64,000 nt of DNA. Origin: Candidatus Heimdallarchaeota archaeon (GTDB taxonomy: Archaea > Asgardarchaeota > Wukongarchaeia > Wukongarchaeales > JBHIFL01). Of the stretch, positions 32,073 to 40,871 are shown one piece after another. Each line of letters begins with the position of its first letter. The first letter of the stretch is position 1. The translations under genes and the position numbers were made by a program. The notes under the pieces are model-generated. The model worked only from the letters and a program-made list of their open reading frames with translations. It was not told the origin of the DNA and did not search any database. The stretch is from the NCBI GenBank assembly GCA_046761065.1, contig JBHIFL010000010.1:1-64000 (forward strand), in the 5' to 3' direction.

Positions 32073-33812
32073 TTATTTTCTCTCTCGGAGTTCTTGTGTC
32101 CTCTCCCAGTCGATTTCCAACGTGTTCGGGTCGATCACCACACCGTAGATGTTCTGTGCATCCTCTAGAGAAATGTATTCGTTTTTCACGTCCCATCGCA
32201 CTCGTTCAGGATCCCGCGACAAGGCATCGCCCCAGCCCCCACCTCCTCCGGTCCGGAGACTCACCACATCGCCTTTCATCATTTTGAAAGCGGCGATTCT
32301 CCTTATCCTCCGCTTTTCATCTTTTGTATGAATCACTGCATAGTTTGGGGTCCCCGGCATCCCCCCAGCCACACCCCAACACGGATACTTTGATCTGCCC
32401 GCGGTGACAGTGAGGTTAGCCTCGCTGCAGAGAACCCGATAATCCCTTATGACACCGAAGCCACCTCGGAACATTCCGTGACCGGTGCGATCTTTTGTGT
32501 TTAGGGAATATTGATCCACCATAATGGGCATCCGACGTTCGTAAACTTCTGTGCTGGCTATATAAGTCTCGCCATCGCCGACTGCAACAAGCCCACTCGT
32601 TCCATCCATGTCAAAACCTGCCCCCCAGCCGCCCGGTTGCGGTTCAACGATGGCAAACGGCTCGCCTTTGTCATCGACACCACCCAAGATTGTGGCTTCG
32701 ATTGAAAGGAAATGTCCTGCAGTCAGCATATGTGGTGCGTGGGGGGCCAACGCTTTCCAGACGAGGTCGGCGGCGTAGGATAAGGATTCCCAGAATGTCG
32801 AGGTTGGGGCAGGTCTTTCGGGGTTAAAGATGGAGCCTTTCGGGGCGATGACTTTGAGGGGGGAGAAAAACCCACCGCTTGGGTGGGTTTGGGGGTCCAT
32901 CAGTGCCATATAGGTTTCCCGGACAGCTGAGACTGTTCCAGGGTAGGACGAGTTGATAGAACCTTTCGTTTGTTTACCAGAACCCGTAAAATCCACGATA
33001 AATTCCTCATCAGTCACTTGAACTTCTACATTAACAAATATTGGATCATCCGTAATCCCGTCATCATCAATCCAATCTTCCGCTGTGAAAGTGCCCTTCG
33101 GGAGCTCTTTGAGCTTTAATTTGGCGTATTTCGCTCCGTCTTCCTGGAGCTTCAGCATGGCATGAAGTACCGTGTCAAGGCCGTACTTCTCCACCAGTTT
33201 AATGACTCTTCTCGCTGCGACTCTCATACTAGCTACTTGCGCATACATATCACCTAACACAAAATCAGGTAGCCGTGAATTATAAGAGATGATATCAATT
33301 ACATTTTGGTCAGGCTCCCCTGCGATGTAAAGCTTCACACAAGGGAGTTGTAGGCCTTCTTGATAGATCTCCGTGGAGTCAGAAGTCCAGCTCCCGAAGT
33401 GCATCCCCCCAACCTCGATCCAGTGGCCCTTCGCAACCGCAAAACCCAACCGTTGATTGTGGTGCGGTTCCACAATAGGCATGACTAGGGTGACGTCATT
33501 AAGATGCGTTCCAGACTCATATGGGATGTTAGAGATGAACACATCTCCGGGATGAATCTCATCTTTCCATTTCGCGACCACCTCTTTAGCGGCAAAGTCG
33601 AGCACCCCAACAAAGCCAGGGATCCCCGGAGCTTGTGTCACCTGTTTTTCCCCACTGGCGTCGATTATAGCAACTCCATAGTCCAGTACTTCATAGATTA
33701 CGGGACTCTTAGCGGTACGTCCCCAAGAGTAGAACATCTCCTCTGCGGCGACTATTAGGCCGTTTTTTATGATTTCGAGCTCGAAAGGGGAAATATTACT
33801 TGTACCACTCAT
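32073..33812 (-). CDS. hyuB: Hydantoinase B subunit (copy 2, close paralog of copy 1)
   Basis: Nearly collinear with 27132..28862, about 85% aa identity by eye over the first ~110 aa. Confidence 0.9.
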   Translation of the reverse strand: MSGTSNISPFELEIIKNGLIVAAEEMFYSWGRTAKSPVIYEVLDYGVAIIDASGEKQVTQAPGIPGFVGVLDFAAKEVVAKWKDEIHPGDVFISNIPYESGTHLNDVTLVMPIVEPHHNQRLGFAVAKGHWIEVGGMHFGSWTSDSTEIYQEGLQLPCVKLYIAGEPDQNVIDIISYNSRLPDFVLGDMYAQVASMRVAARRVIKLVEKYGLDTVLHAMLKLQEDGAKYAKLKLKELPKGTFTAEDWIDDDGITDDPIFVNVEVQVTDEEFIVDFTGSGKQTKGSINSSYPGTVSAVRETYMALMDPQTHPSGGFFSPLKVIAPKGSIFNPERPAPTSTFWESLSYAADLVWKALAPHAPHMLTAGHFLSIEATILGGVDDKGEPFAIVEPQPGGWGAGFDMDGTSGLVAVGDGETYIASTEVYERRMPIMVDQYSLNTKDRTGHGMFRGGFGVIRDYRVLCSEANLTVTAGRSKYPCWGVAGGMPGTPNYAVIHTKDEKRRIRRIAAFKMMKGDVVSLRTGGGGGWGDALSRDPERVRWDVKNEYISLEDAQNIYGVVIDPNTLEIDWERTQELRERK

Positions 33813-33941
33813 CTTCACACGCTCCGGATTGAAAGATCCTCGAATCTATTTACCAATTTAGTAGCGATCACTTAATCTTCAATATGTGCTCCAAATGTCA
33901 ACAGCAATTTTTAAAGACTTAACTCAAACCGAGTCATTCTA

Positions 33942-33991
33942 TATGAAGATCTCCTCAACTTCATTGACTATATAAGATTACCGTCTTTAAA
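33942..33991 (-). promoter_or_regulatory. Conserved BRE-TATA promoter block (copy A) upstream of hyuB copy 2
   Basis: Minus strand reads aagacGGTAATcTTATATAg...gttgaggaga; 38/50 ungapped identity to 44702-44751. Confidence 0.6.
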
Positions 33992-34018
33992 TCCATAACG
34001 AAGGAAGGGGAAAAGTTA

Positions 34019-35494
34019 ATGAAGCAGCCAAAGATTAAAATTCTCGATCAAGAGGATATCCAACAGATCATTGAAGCGGCATATGACCTTTTGGAAAACT
34101 TTGGTGTAAAAGTAGACAACCAAGAAGTATTACAAACCCTTGCTAATGGGGGTGCAAAAGTCGACTTTGAACAGAAAGTAGCTTTCATCTCACCAAGTAT
34201 GGTCGATAAAGCCCTCAAAACCGTACCTTCTTCCTTCAATGTTTATGATCAGGCATGCAAGAATGCAGCCGTGCTGGAAGGAGATAATATTCACTTTTGT
34301 GGTGGGTCGGTTGCCCTGAATATCTTGGATTCTGATACAGAGAAAATCCGCAAGCCCAAGCTCTCCGATCTAATTCGCATCACCAGTCTTATTGAAACCT
34401 TGGAACACCTTAGCTTTGTGACCGGCACCATTATGCCCAACGACATACCCGCACCGCTTCAAGATGCTTACCGATACTATCTCCTGATGTTGAATACCTC
34501 GAAACCCCTCTTCAGCGGAGCTTTTACCGTGGGAGGCTTGCGTGTTCAGATTGAAATGCTCAAAGTCTTGCGGGGAGGCGAAGATAAATTGAGAACGAAA
34601 CCACGAGCCATTTTCGCCGCCAACCCCACAGCCCCACTACAGTGGGGCGGGATTGTCGCCCAAAACTTAGTTGACAGTGCTCGCGCCAACATTCCAGTGA
34701 TGCTGATCCCTATGCCGCTACCCGGAGGAAATGCTCCAGTAACTCTCGCTGGCGCCCTCACTGAACACACCGCTGAGAACCTGAGCGGCATCGTCATCAC
34801 GCAACTGGTTAACCCGGGAACTCCGGTGCTTTATGGTGGGGGAGCCATCGTTTTGGAGATGCGATACGGCACCTCTTGCATCGGTGCTATTGAATCTCAT
34901 CTGATGGGGATCGGTTACAGCCAGATCGGAAAGGCACTTGGTTTGCCCACCGCGTCGAACATCGGTCAGAGCGACTCCAAGCGGGTCGATGCGCAAGCGG
35001 GCTTAGAATCTGGTATCGGAATCTTACTCGCTGCGCTGGCGGGGATCAACCTAAGCCGTGGGCCGGGGATGCTTGCCTTTGCGAACTGCCAAAGTTTCGA
35101 AAAGCTCGTGATTGATAACAACATCTGTGGCATGGCTTTGCGGCTGATCCGAGGTGTTGAATGCAATAAAGAGACCATCGGGCTAGATATCATCAAAGCT
35201 GCGGGTCGGGGAGCAAAAGATTACCTTTTTTCGCCCCATACGCTGAAATGGTTTAAGAAGGAGTTGTTTTTCCCTACTAAGATCATCGACCGAAGAGCAA
35301 TCCAGACGGGAGCAAAGTTCAGCACCGCTTGGGAACGAGCGAAGGAAGAGGTTAAGGCACGGCTTGCCGAGTACGAGCCTGCACATCTACCGGATGACAA
35401 AGCGCAAGAAATCAAGGCTATCATGCATGCCTATGCTAGATCAAAAGGGGTGGAGAAACTGCCAGATATCACGGGCACAGGGTGGGACGGATAG
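34019..35494 (+). CDS. Trimethylamine/quaternary-amine:corrinoid methyltransferase family (MttB superfamily), non-pyrrolysine
   Basis: P.PL.G.NAPVTLAG, QLVNPGTPVLYG, SDSK.VDAQAG.E, SFEKLVID; no in-frame TAG. Confidence 0.88.
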   Translation: MKQPKIKILDQEDIQQIIEAAYDLLENFGVKVDNQEVLQTLANGGAKVDFEQKVAFISPSMVDKALKTVPSSFNVYDQACKNAAVLEGDNIHFCGGSVALNILDSDTEKIRKPKLSDLIRITSLIETLEHLSFVTGTIMPNDIPAPLQDAYRYYLLMLNTSKPLFSGAFTVGGLRVQIEMLKVLRGGEDKLRTKPRAIFAANPTAPLQWGGIVAQNLVDSARANIPVMLIPMPLPGGNAPVTLAGALTEHTAENLSGIVITQLVNPGTPVLYGGGAIVLEMRYGTSCIGAIESHLMGIGYSQIGKALGLPTASNIGQSDSKRVDAQAGLESGIGILLAALAGINLSRGPGMLAFANCQSFEKLVIDNNICGMALRLIRGVECNKETIGLDIIKAAGRGAKDYLFSPHTLKWFKKELFFPTKIIDRRAIQTGAKFSTAWERAKEEVKARLAEYEPAHLPDDKAQEIKAIMHAYARSKGVEKLPDITGTGWDG

Positions 35495-35665
35495 CCTTGA
35501 AACACCACATTAAGCAAAAACTCGAAGAGGGTATCTATGAAATCTATGGAAGTAATAACTATCTATTTCATGTCATCTTATAAGATGTACCTATTTATTT
35601 CTCCCATTTGACAACCTGTTCACCTCTTCGAGATCTCGGTAGTGAGTGACTTCTGTAAACTGGTT

Positions 35666-36685
35666 TTATGTCTTTAGCGGGAGAAGAAGGGAATAGGATT
35701 TTTCTATATCTCCATCTAGATACGCAAGAATGGATTGTTTAAATCGTTCTAAGATCTGTTGCCCTAATATGTGGTACGTGACATTATTTAACAAATTATA
35801 ATCTTCCCTGGCGATCCTGAGGGAGATTTCTTGGACTTCAAAGTTGAAGTTGATTGCTGTCAGTCTCTTTTTCGTTACAATGCGATATAATAAATCCCAG
35901 AGATAAATTAAACCAACTCCAAAGTCGGCATAACCGAACATAACCCTTGGATATAGTACGATAGAATTGTTTGTGATATCCCATCCAATCAGTTCACTTT
36001 TTTCTGTCAGGAATTTCGCATAACTTTCCAGTTTGGCTTGATATTCATTTAGTGATGAAAAATGTTTACTAATTTCCGAAAAGGGCGCAAATAACGGTCT
36101 TTGAGAATAGCCATTCTGCATATCACTGATTTGGAGTGCCTGCTGCGACAAAATTGTGGAGGCATACGCTTCCTGTGTATCTTGAAAGAACGTCCAGAAA
36201 AATAGGGGTTTCTTATTTTCCTTTACTCCAGAAATTAATAGTCGCAGAAAAATGATTTCTAATACGATTATTATAAGCATGACTCCGATATATATTCTTA
36301 CTTCGACAGATTCCCCCTGAAAGTCCATTGTATTACTAAATGCCACAATGGTCCCGATAAGTAGTATTCCTAAATTCGGGAAGAGTTGAAAAAAATAATT
36401 CCGACTTTTAGCCCTTGCAATAATGACCAGCATGACTCCGAGGAATGGAAGAGAAATATACCAATTTACTGACACGATGGCAAATAAAAACGAAGATATG
36501 AAATTTCTTGCAGACGGAAAAGGCAACCTGAGGGTAAAATAAAAAATCATTGTTAAAATCCCAATGATTATAGACCAGAATATCAGGAGTATGTACGTTT
36601 GTTTTTGTATCTTTTCCACAATTTCTTGGACTTGCTTGGGAAGTATCCTCATTCTTTTTTGAGTATTGAACTCAATTTCTTTCAT
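35666..36685 (-). CDS. Hypothetical membrane protein (about four N-terminal TM helices plus soluble domain)
   Basis: Long ORF overlapping the end of the upstream wHTH gene; no recognisable motif. Confidence 0.6.
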   Translation of the reverse strand: MKEIEFNTQKRMRILPKQVQEIVEKIQKQTYILLIFWSIIIGILTMIFYFTLRLPFPSARNFISSFLFAIVSVNWYISLPFLGVMLVIIARAKSRNYFFQLFPNLGILLIGTIVAFSNTMDFQGESVEVRIYIGVMLIIIVLEIIFLRLLISGVKENKKPLFFWTFFQDTQEAYASTILSQQALQISDMQNGYSQRPLFAPFSEISKHFSSLNEYQAKLESYAKFLTEKSELIGWDITNNSIVLYPRVMFGYADFGVGLIYLWDLLYRIVTKKRLTAINFNFEVQEISLRIAREDYNLLNNVTYHILGQQILERFKQSILAYLDGDIEKSYSLLLPLKT

Positions 36686-37361
36686 GTTTCTCACCTAAAA
36701 CTTCATTAACTGCTGAATTTGGATCTATTTCCTCAATAATATCATATTTTTTCAATTTTTCAGCAAAAGATATGAGCCCCTTGATTGCATAGTAGTTTTT
36801 AAGCTGGGCTCGCTCACATATCGTTATAAAACGTTCCGCGTGCATGCTTGGATGGGGTAGATATTTCATAAAAGCACTTTCGGCCTTATTCAGTGTTATT
36901 TTTTGCTTTACAATTCTTTTTGCTTTTGTTCGCCGCTTTATTATGATTGCCTCTACAAGTCCGGCCTTATTGAACACATAAGTAATTCGTGGTTGCAGAT
37001 TCGGTGTTTCTCGTATTGAGGGATTTGGTAACGCGTCTTTTTGTAATTCTTCATTAATTTCTTGAGCTATAGCGTCTATATCTATCGTTATTTCAATCCG
37101 TGTTGATTTTATTGAGTAGTATGTTGGCTTTCCCGGTTTATTAGGAAATAGCTCGCAATCAATGAACTGATAGTCAAATAACAGGTCCAGATATTTCTTT
37201 GCCGTACTAATATGGATATCAAGGATTCTTGCTACATCTGCCGCGCATAATTTTTGGCTTTGTTGAGAAAGAATGGCCAGAATTTTCAAAGTAAAGTCAT
37301 TTGCAAAAATTTTTTGAAATTCATGATACGTTGGTGCCCAAGTTTTCAAAGTTAACCCCAT
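36672..37361 (-). CDS. ArsR-like winged-helix transcriptional regulator with C-terminal extension
   Basis: LKILAIL...ADVARILDIHISTAKKYLDLL...GKPTYY. Confidence 0.75.
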   Translation of the reverse strand: MGLTLKTWAPTYHEFQKIFANDFTLKILAILSQQSQKLCAADVARILDIHISTAKKYLDLLFDYQFIDCELFPNKPGKPTYYSIKSTRIEITIDIDAIAQEINEELQKDALPNPSIRETPNLQPRITYVFNKAGLVEAIIIKRRTKAKRIVKQKITLNKAESAFMKYLPHPSMHAERFITICERAQLKNYYAIKGLISFAEKLKKYDIIEEIDPNSAVNEVLGEKHERN

Positions 37362-37630
37362 TTGATATTTATCTATTTAAATTAGACTAATATCAAATGC
37401 GCTTTAAAAACCTTTCTATTAGGATAGATTAATTTAAATTCAACTTGAGTAACGATTATCACTTCTATAATTATTTCATTTAGCAAGGACCAATGAATTA
37501 CGTGTATCATAATATGTGAGAATGATAAAATGAAAATGAAAAGAATATATTATATTTTGCAGTTTTAGTAATTACTGGACTTTTTACATCAAGTTGGATG
37601 AATCATGGTTATGTGTCTGCATCGACTGAA

Positions 37631-37991
37631 ATGATCCCCAAAAATACAGTGATCCTGATTATTAATGCTGTTATTAATGCTGGAAACTCTGAGGCAATCA
37701 TCAAGCTCCAGCCTGAGGACTTTACATTTATCGATATAGCCGGGGACGTAATGAGTGGTCGAGATGGTTAGCAAGGCTACTTCTCCTCCTACCCGGAAAT
37801 ACAAAACCCATGTGCAACATGTCCTTGTGTGTGGTAATGGTGTCTCAATCATCAACAAGACAATGAATTCACATATTCCACCTGATGTTGAAGCGCATGA
37901 GACGGCCCTTTGGACTGCGGAGATTCGGGACAACCTTGTTGCTGAATGGCGGATATATTCCGATATCGAGGAGGCCGAGCAAAAGGTATAG
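37631..37991 (+). pseudogene. SnoaL/NTF2-like protein pseudogene
   Basis: ATG 37631 gives INAGN...FTFID..GD..SGRDG*QGYF..YPE (TAG 37769, probably from TGG), then a frameshift near 37797 into ...ALWTAEIRDNLVAEWRIYSD. Confidence 0.7.
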
Positions 37992-38192
37992 GAATCACAT
38001 CAAAACCGATAACCCCACGCGCGCTTTAAATCAGGCCCACACTACCGAGTATGCGACTTTTCTTATGGTTCTCACCATAAAAGTTTTTTAAATAATTCAA
38101 AGATTCATTTATATTTGTGAAACCCCGTTTTTAGCCATTTACCTGATGTGAGGGTCCGTTTGGAGTCGCAACTCGTTCATGGGAGAATTTAA

Positions 38193-38639
38193 ATGAGTGC
38201 AATTAACTATGATTTGATCCTTAAGCGGTCAGATGAGATACGTCAAGGGATCTCAAGAATCCAAGAATACCTTCAAGTATCTCTAGACCAGTTTGTTTCG
38301 GATCCAAAACTCATTGCAGCGGTTAAATACGAATGCCTTGTTGTTATCGAAGCCGCCATCGCTATTTGTACTCATCTTGCGTCTAATGTAGGTTCGCGGG
38401 TTCCTGAAAATTATCCCGACTGTTTTCTGGTTTTAAGAGAGAGTGATATAATTTCGGAGGATTTAACCTCTCGTTTAGTACTTATGGCGAGGTTCCGTAA
38501 TCTTCTAATGCACCGATATTGGCAAATCGATGATCACCGTGTTTACAACGTTTTAAAGTCAGATTTACCGGATCTCGAGGATTTCCTCCGAGAAATTGGT
38601 TTATTCTTGAGGAAAAGGAAAAATGAAAAAACAAAATAG
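38193..38639 (+). CDS. hepT: HEPN (DUF86/HepT-like) ribonuclease toxin
   Basis: RNLLMHRY = Rx4HxY active site with the AMPylation-target Tyr. Confidence 0.85.
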   Translation: MSAINYDLILKRSDEIRQGISRIQEYLQVSLDQFVSDPKLIAAVKYECLVVIEAAIAICTHLASNVGSRVPENYPDCFLVLRESDIISEDLTSRLVLMARFRNLLMHRYWQIDDHRVYNVLKSDLPDLEDFLREIGLFLRKRKNEKTK

Positions 38640-39054
38640 CTGGAACGCTAAGAAGAAACTTCTAACCCGAGAAAAACTTTCCCATTTACTGATGCAAGAA
38701 CCCAGTGTGATATTTGCGTACATTTTTGGGAGTTTTATTAAGTATTCAAGCTTTCGTGATCTCGACCTTGCCATATATGTAGACCTTGCAGTTATACCTG
38801 ATCTCGCTTCTTTTGAGCAAAATTTAGGGACTAGGTTAGAACTCCGCATTCGACTCCCGGTAGATCTGGTACTGCTAAATGAAGCCCCACTAAGCCTGAA
38901 ATTCCATGTGACTAAGGGGCAACTATTATTCTCTCGCAATGAAAACATCCGGTTACAATTTCTTGAGCACACTTGGATTCAATATTGGGATTTTCAGCCC
39001 TTTCGCCGACAGATGCTGTGGCAGATCCTCGATCCGTCTCGTACTACCTCATAA
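38623..39054 (+). CDS. mntA: Minimal nucleotidyltransferase antitoxin (MntA-like)
   Basis: FAYIFGS...RDLDLAI, VDLVLLNEAP. Confidence 0.85.
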   Translation: MKKQNSWNAKKKLLTREKLSHLLMQEPSVIFAYIFGSFIKYSSFRDLDLAIYVDLAVIPDLASFEQNLGTRLELRIRLPVDLVLLNEAPLSLKFHVTKGQLLFSRNENIRLQFLEHTWIQYWDFQPFRRQMLWQILDPSRTTS

Positions 39055-39153
39055 CTAGTAGTTTGCCCTTTACATACATTTTTTTCGATTTTCCGGCTAT
39101 TCACATAACTACTATAAAGACATGTAGCTATTATTTCAATTAACTGAAAAAAT

Positions 39154-40716
39154 TCACGAGGGAGTGGGAATCCACCACTCTCGTCCTCGTTTCGTTTCGA
39201 TATATTCCGGCCACCGAATATCAAGGGGAGGTGATAAATCTGGGGGTAATAGAGGTGGTACCCACTTATCTCCTCCGATACCCCCGCCGGTTCTCTCCTT
39301 AAACTCAACTTTGGCCTTGTTCAAGATCTCCGGGTTTGAGAGGAGGTCAATGAAGCAACAAGCAATTACTTTTGCGCCAGTAAAAATCATTGGGTCGATT
39401 GTGCTTCTTTCCCCGGTTAGTGCCAAAGCTGTCCATGTAGGATATCGAGCTCCTTCGATGGGTTTTAGTACGGCTTTTGCAGTATATACACGTGCGGAAG
39501 GAGCGTGCCAGGTGTATTCAACGTAATCATCCGAGGAGTAATGGGTCTGCCATTGAGGGAGGAGTTTCCTTAAGGATCGTTCTCCTTCTTCTAAAGTGAG
39601 TAATCTCTGGCAATCATTGGTGAAGGGATCAGTCATTGATTCATAGCCAAGATTTTTCAAGATCGCTCTTCCAAAGCTCTTTGCAGTCTCTCCGTATGTG
39701 GGTGGTCCTATTAGTTTGAAGTTTTCATAAGCTATTTTGGCTAGTGTGGTGTTATGGAGCCCAACACGGGTTTTAGTGACGATCCTCTCGGTTACCTTAC
39801 ACCCACACGCATTGGCTACGACTTGTGCATTCCTTGTCAGGAACTCGTGGATCTTTTCCTGCATCTCTAGTGTGGGGGATCTGAATGCATATAATATCTG
39901 GCTTATCAGAGGTGGTGTAGTGTTACTTTGACCTCCGATGGATAAGTATTCTGTGATGGTCCAGCCTGCGGTTCTCGGGTGGATAGCCTCTTTGGAGGAT
40001 TTAGTTAGGGTGTACATCATGCATACAGCGTCGAGTGCACCCGGATTTGCCCTAAACCACCCAATAGGTGTGACAGGAGAGCCCCACTTCTCGGGTTCAT
40101 GCGCCTCAAAGGTGTAGGCAATGTTCCAGTAAGCGCCACAGTGCGTCTCAGATACAATCCGGTTGACACTGCCTGGATGGAATAAAATGCTAGCGTCCAG
40201 GTCGTCATAGTATCCTTTTGCTGCGTGATAGGGCTTTGAGACACAGACTTTCTCTGCGGGCTCCCCCATGAGTTTTAATGAACCTTGAAGCCCAAATTCT
40301 TCTATTACATGTTTTGTTGCTAATACTCCAGCAAGGGTTGTAACTCCTAACGCGGAGTGGGGATCGGTGTGTCCAGCGGCGTAGGGATGCAGTGTTTCAT
40401 CCCTCAACTTCTTGTACGGTGTTGGCGCCTGATTGTTACCCGGGGTGGCGTCGTATTCTGCGAATGTGGCTAGAATGGGTTTACCTTCTCCCCATACGGC
40501 ACAGAATGCGGTAGGCATTTCCCCCGAACCTTCCTCTATGTTAAATCCTTCTTTTTTCAAGACCTCGACATAAACTGCCGCAGACTCGTACTCTCTTAAT
40601 GCCGGCTCAGCCAGGTACCATATCTTTTGATGAAAATCAGAGATCCATTTCTCGTGTTCATTTACCCATTTTACTGCCTGTTCCTTTTTTTCATTGAGTT
40701 TTATTGAATCACTCAT
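39154..40716 (-). CDS. M20 amidohydrolase, AbgB (aminobenzoyl-glutamate hydrolase B)-like
   Basis: EP.LREY.S, PTAF.A..G.GKP, EYDA.PG, GH.DPH..LG, GEPAEK, FHP. Confidence 0.78.
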   Translation of the reverse strand: MSDSIKLNEKKEQAVKWVNEHEKWISDFHQKIWYLAEPALREYESAAVYVEVLKKEGFNIEEGSGEMPTAFCAVWGEGKPILATFAEYDATPGNNQAPTPYKKLRDETLHPYAAGHTDPHSALGVTTLAGVLATKHVIEEFGLQGSLKLMGEPAEKVCVSKPYHAAKGYYDDLDASILFHPGSVNRIVSETHCGAYWNIAYTFEAHEPEKWGSPVTPIGWFRANPGALDAVCMMYTLTKSSKEAIHPRTAGWTITEYLSIGGQSNTTPPLISQILYAFRSPTLEMQEKIHEFLTRNAQVVANACGCKVTERIVTKTRVGLHNTTLAKIAYENFKLIGPPTYGETAKSFGRAILKNLGYESMTDPFTNDCQRLLTLEEGERSLRKLLPQWQTHYSSDDYVEYTWHAPSARVYTAKAVLKPIEGARYPTWTALALTGERSTIDPMIFTGAKVIACCFIDLLSNPEILNKAKVEFKERTGGGIGGDKWVPPLLPPDLSPPLDIRWPEYIETKRGREWWIPTPS

Positions 40717-40871
40717 CCAATTCCTCCCGCGGTTGAATTTCCTTATCTTTTTTTAATTCCCCAGAATGTTTTCATTCTATTCGCATTAGAATACTGTGAA
40801 ATAATTGAAATAACCGATTATAATGAGACAGGATAACTATCTGTTGAACAGAAAACAATCTATAATCGATA

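Noticed and set aside
37769-37771. In-frame TAG near an mttB gene as possible pyrrolysine recoding
   Set aside because: It falls at a probable Trp (TGG to TAG) and is followed by a frameshift; mttB has no amber codon and no pyl genes are present in the window.
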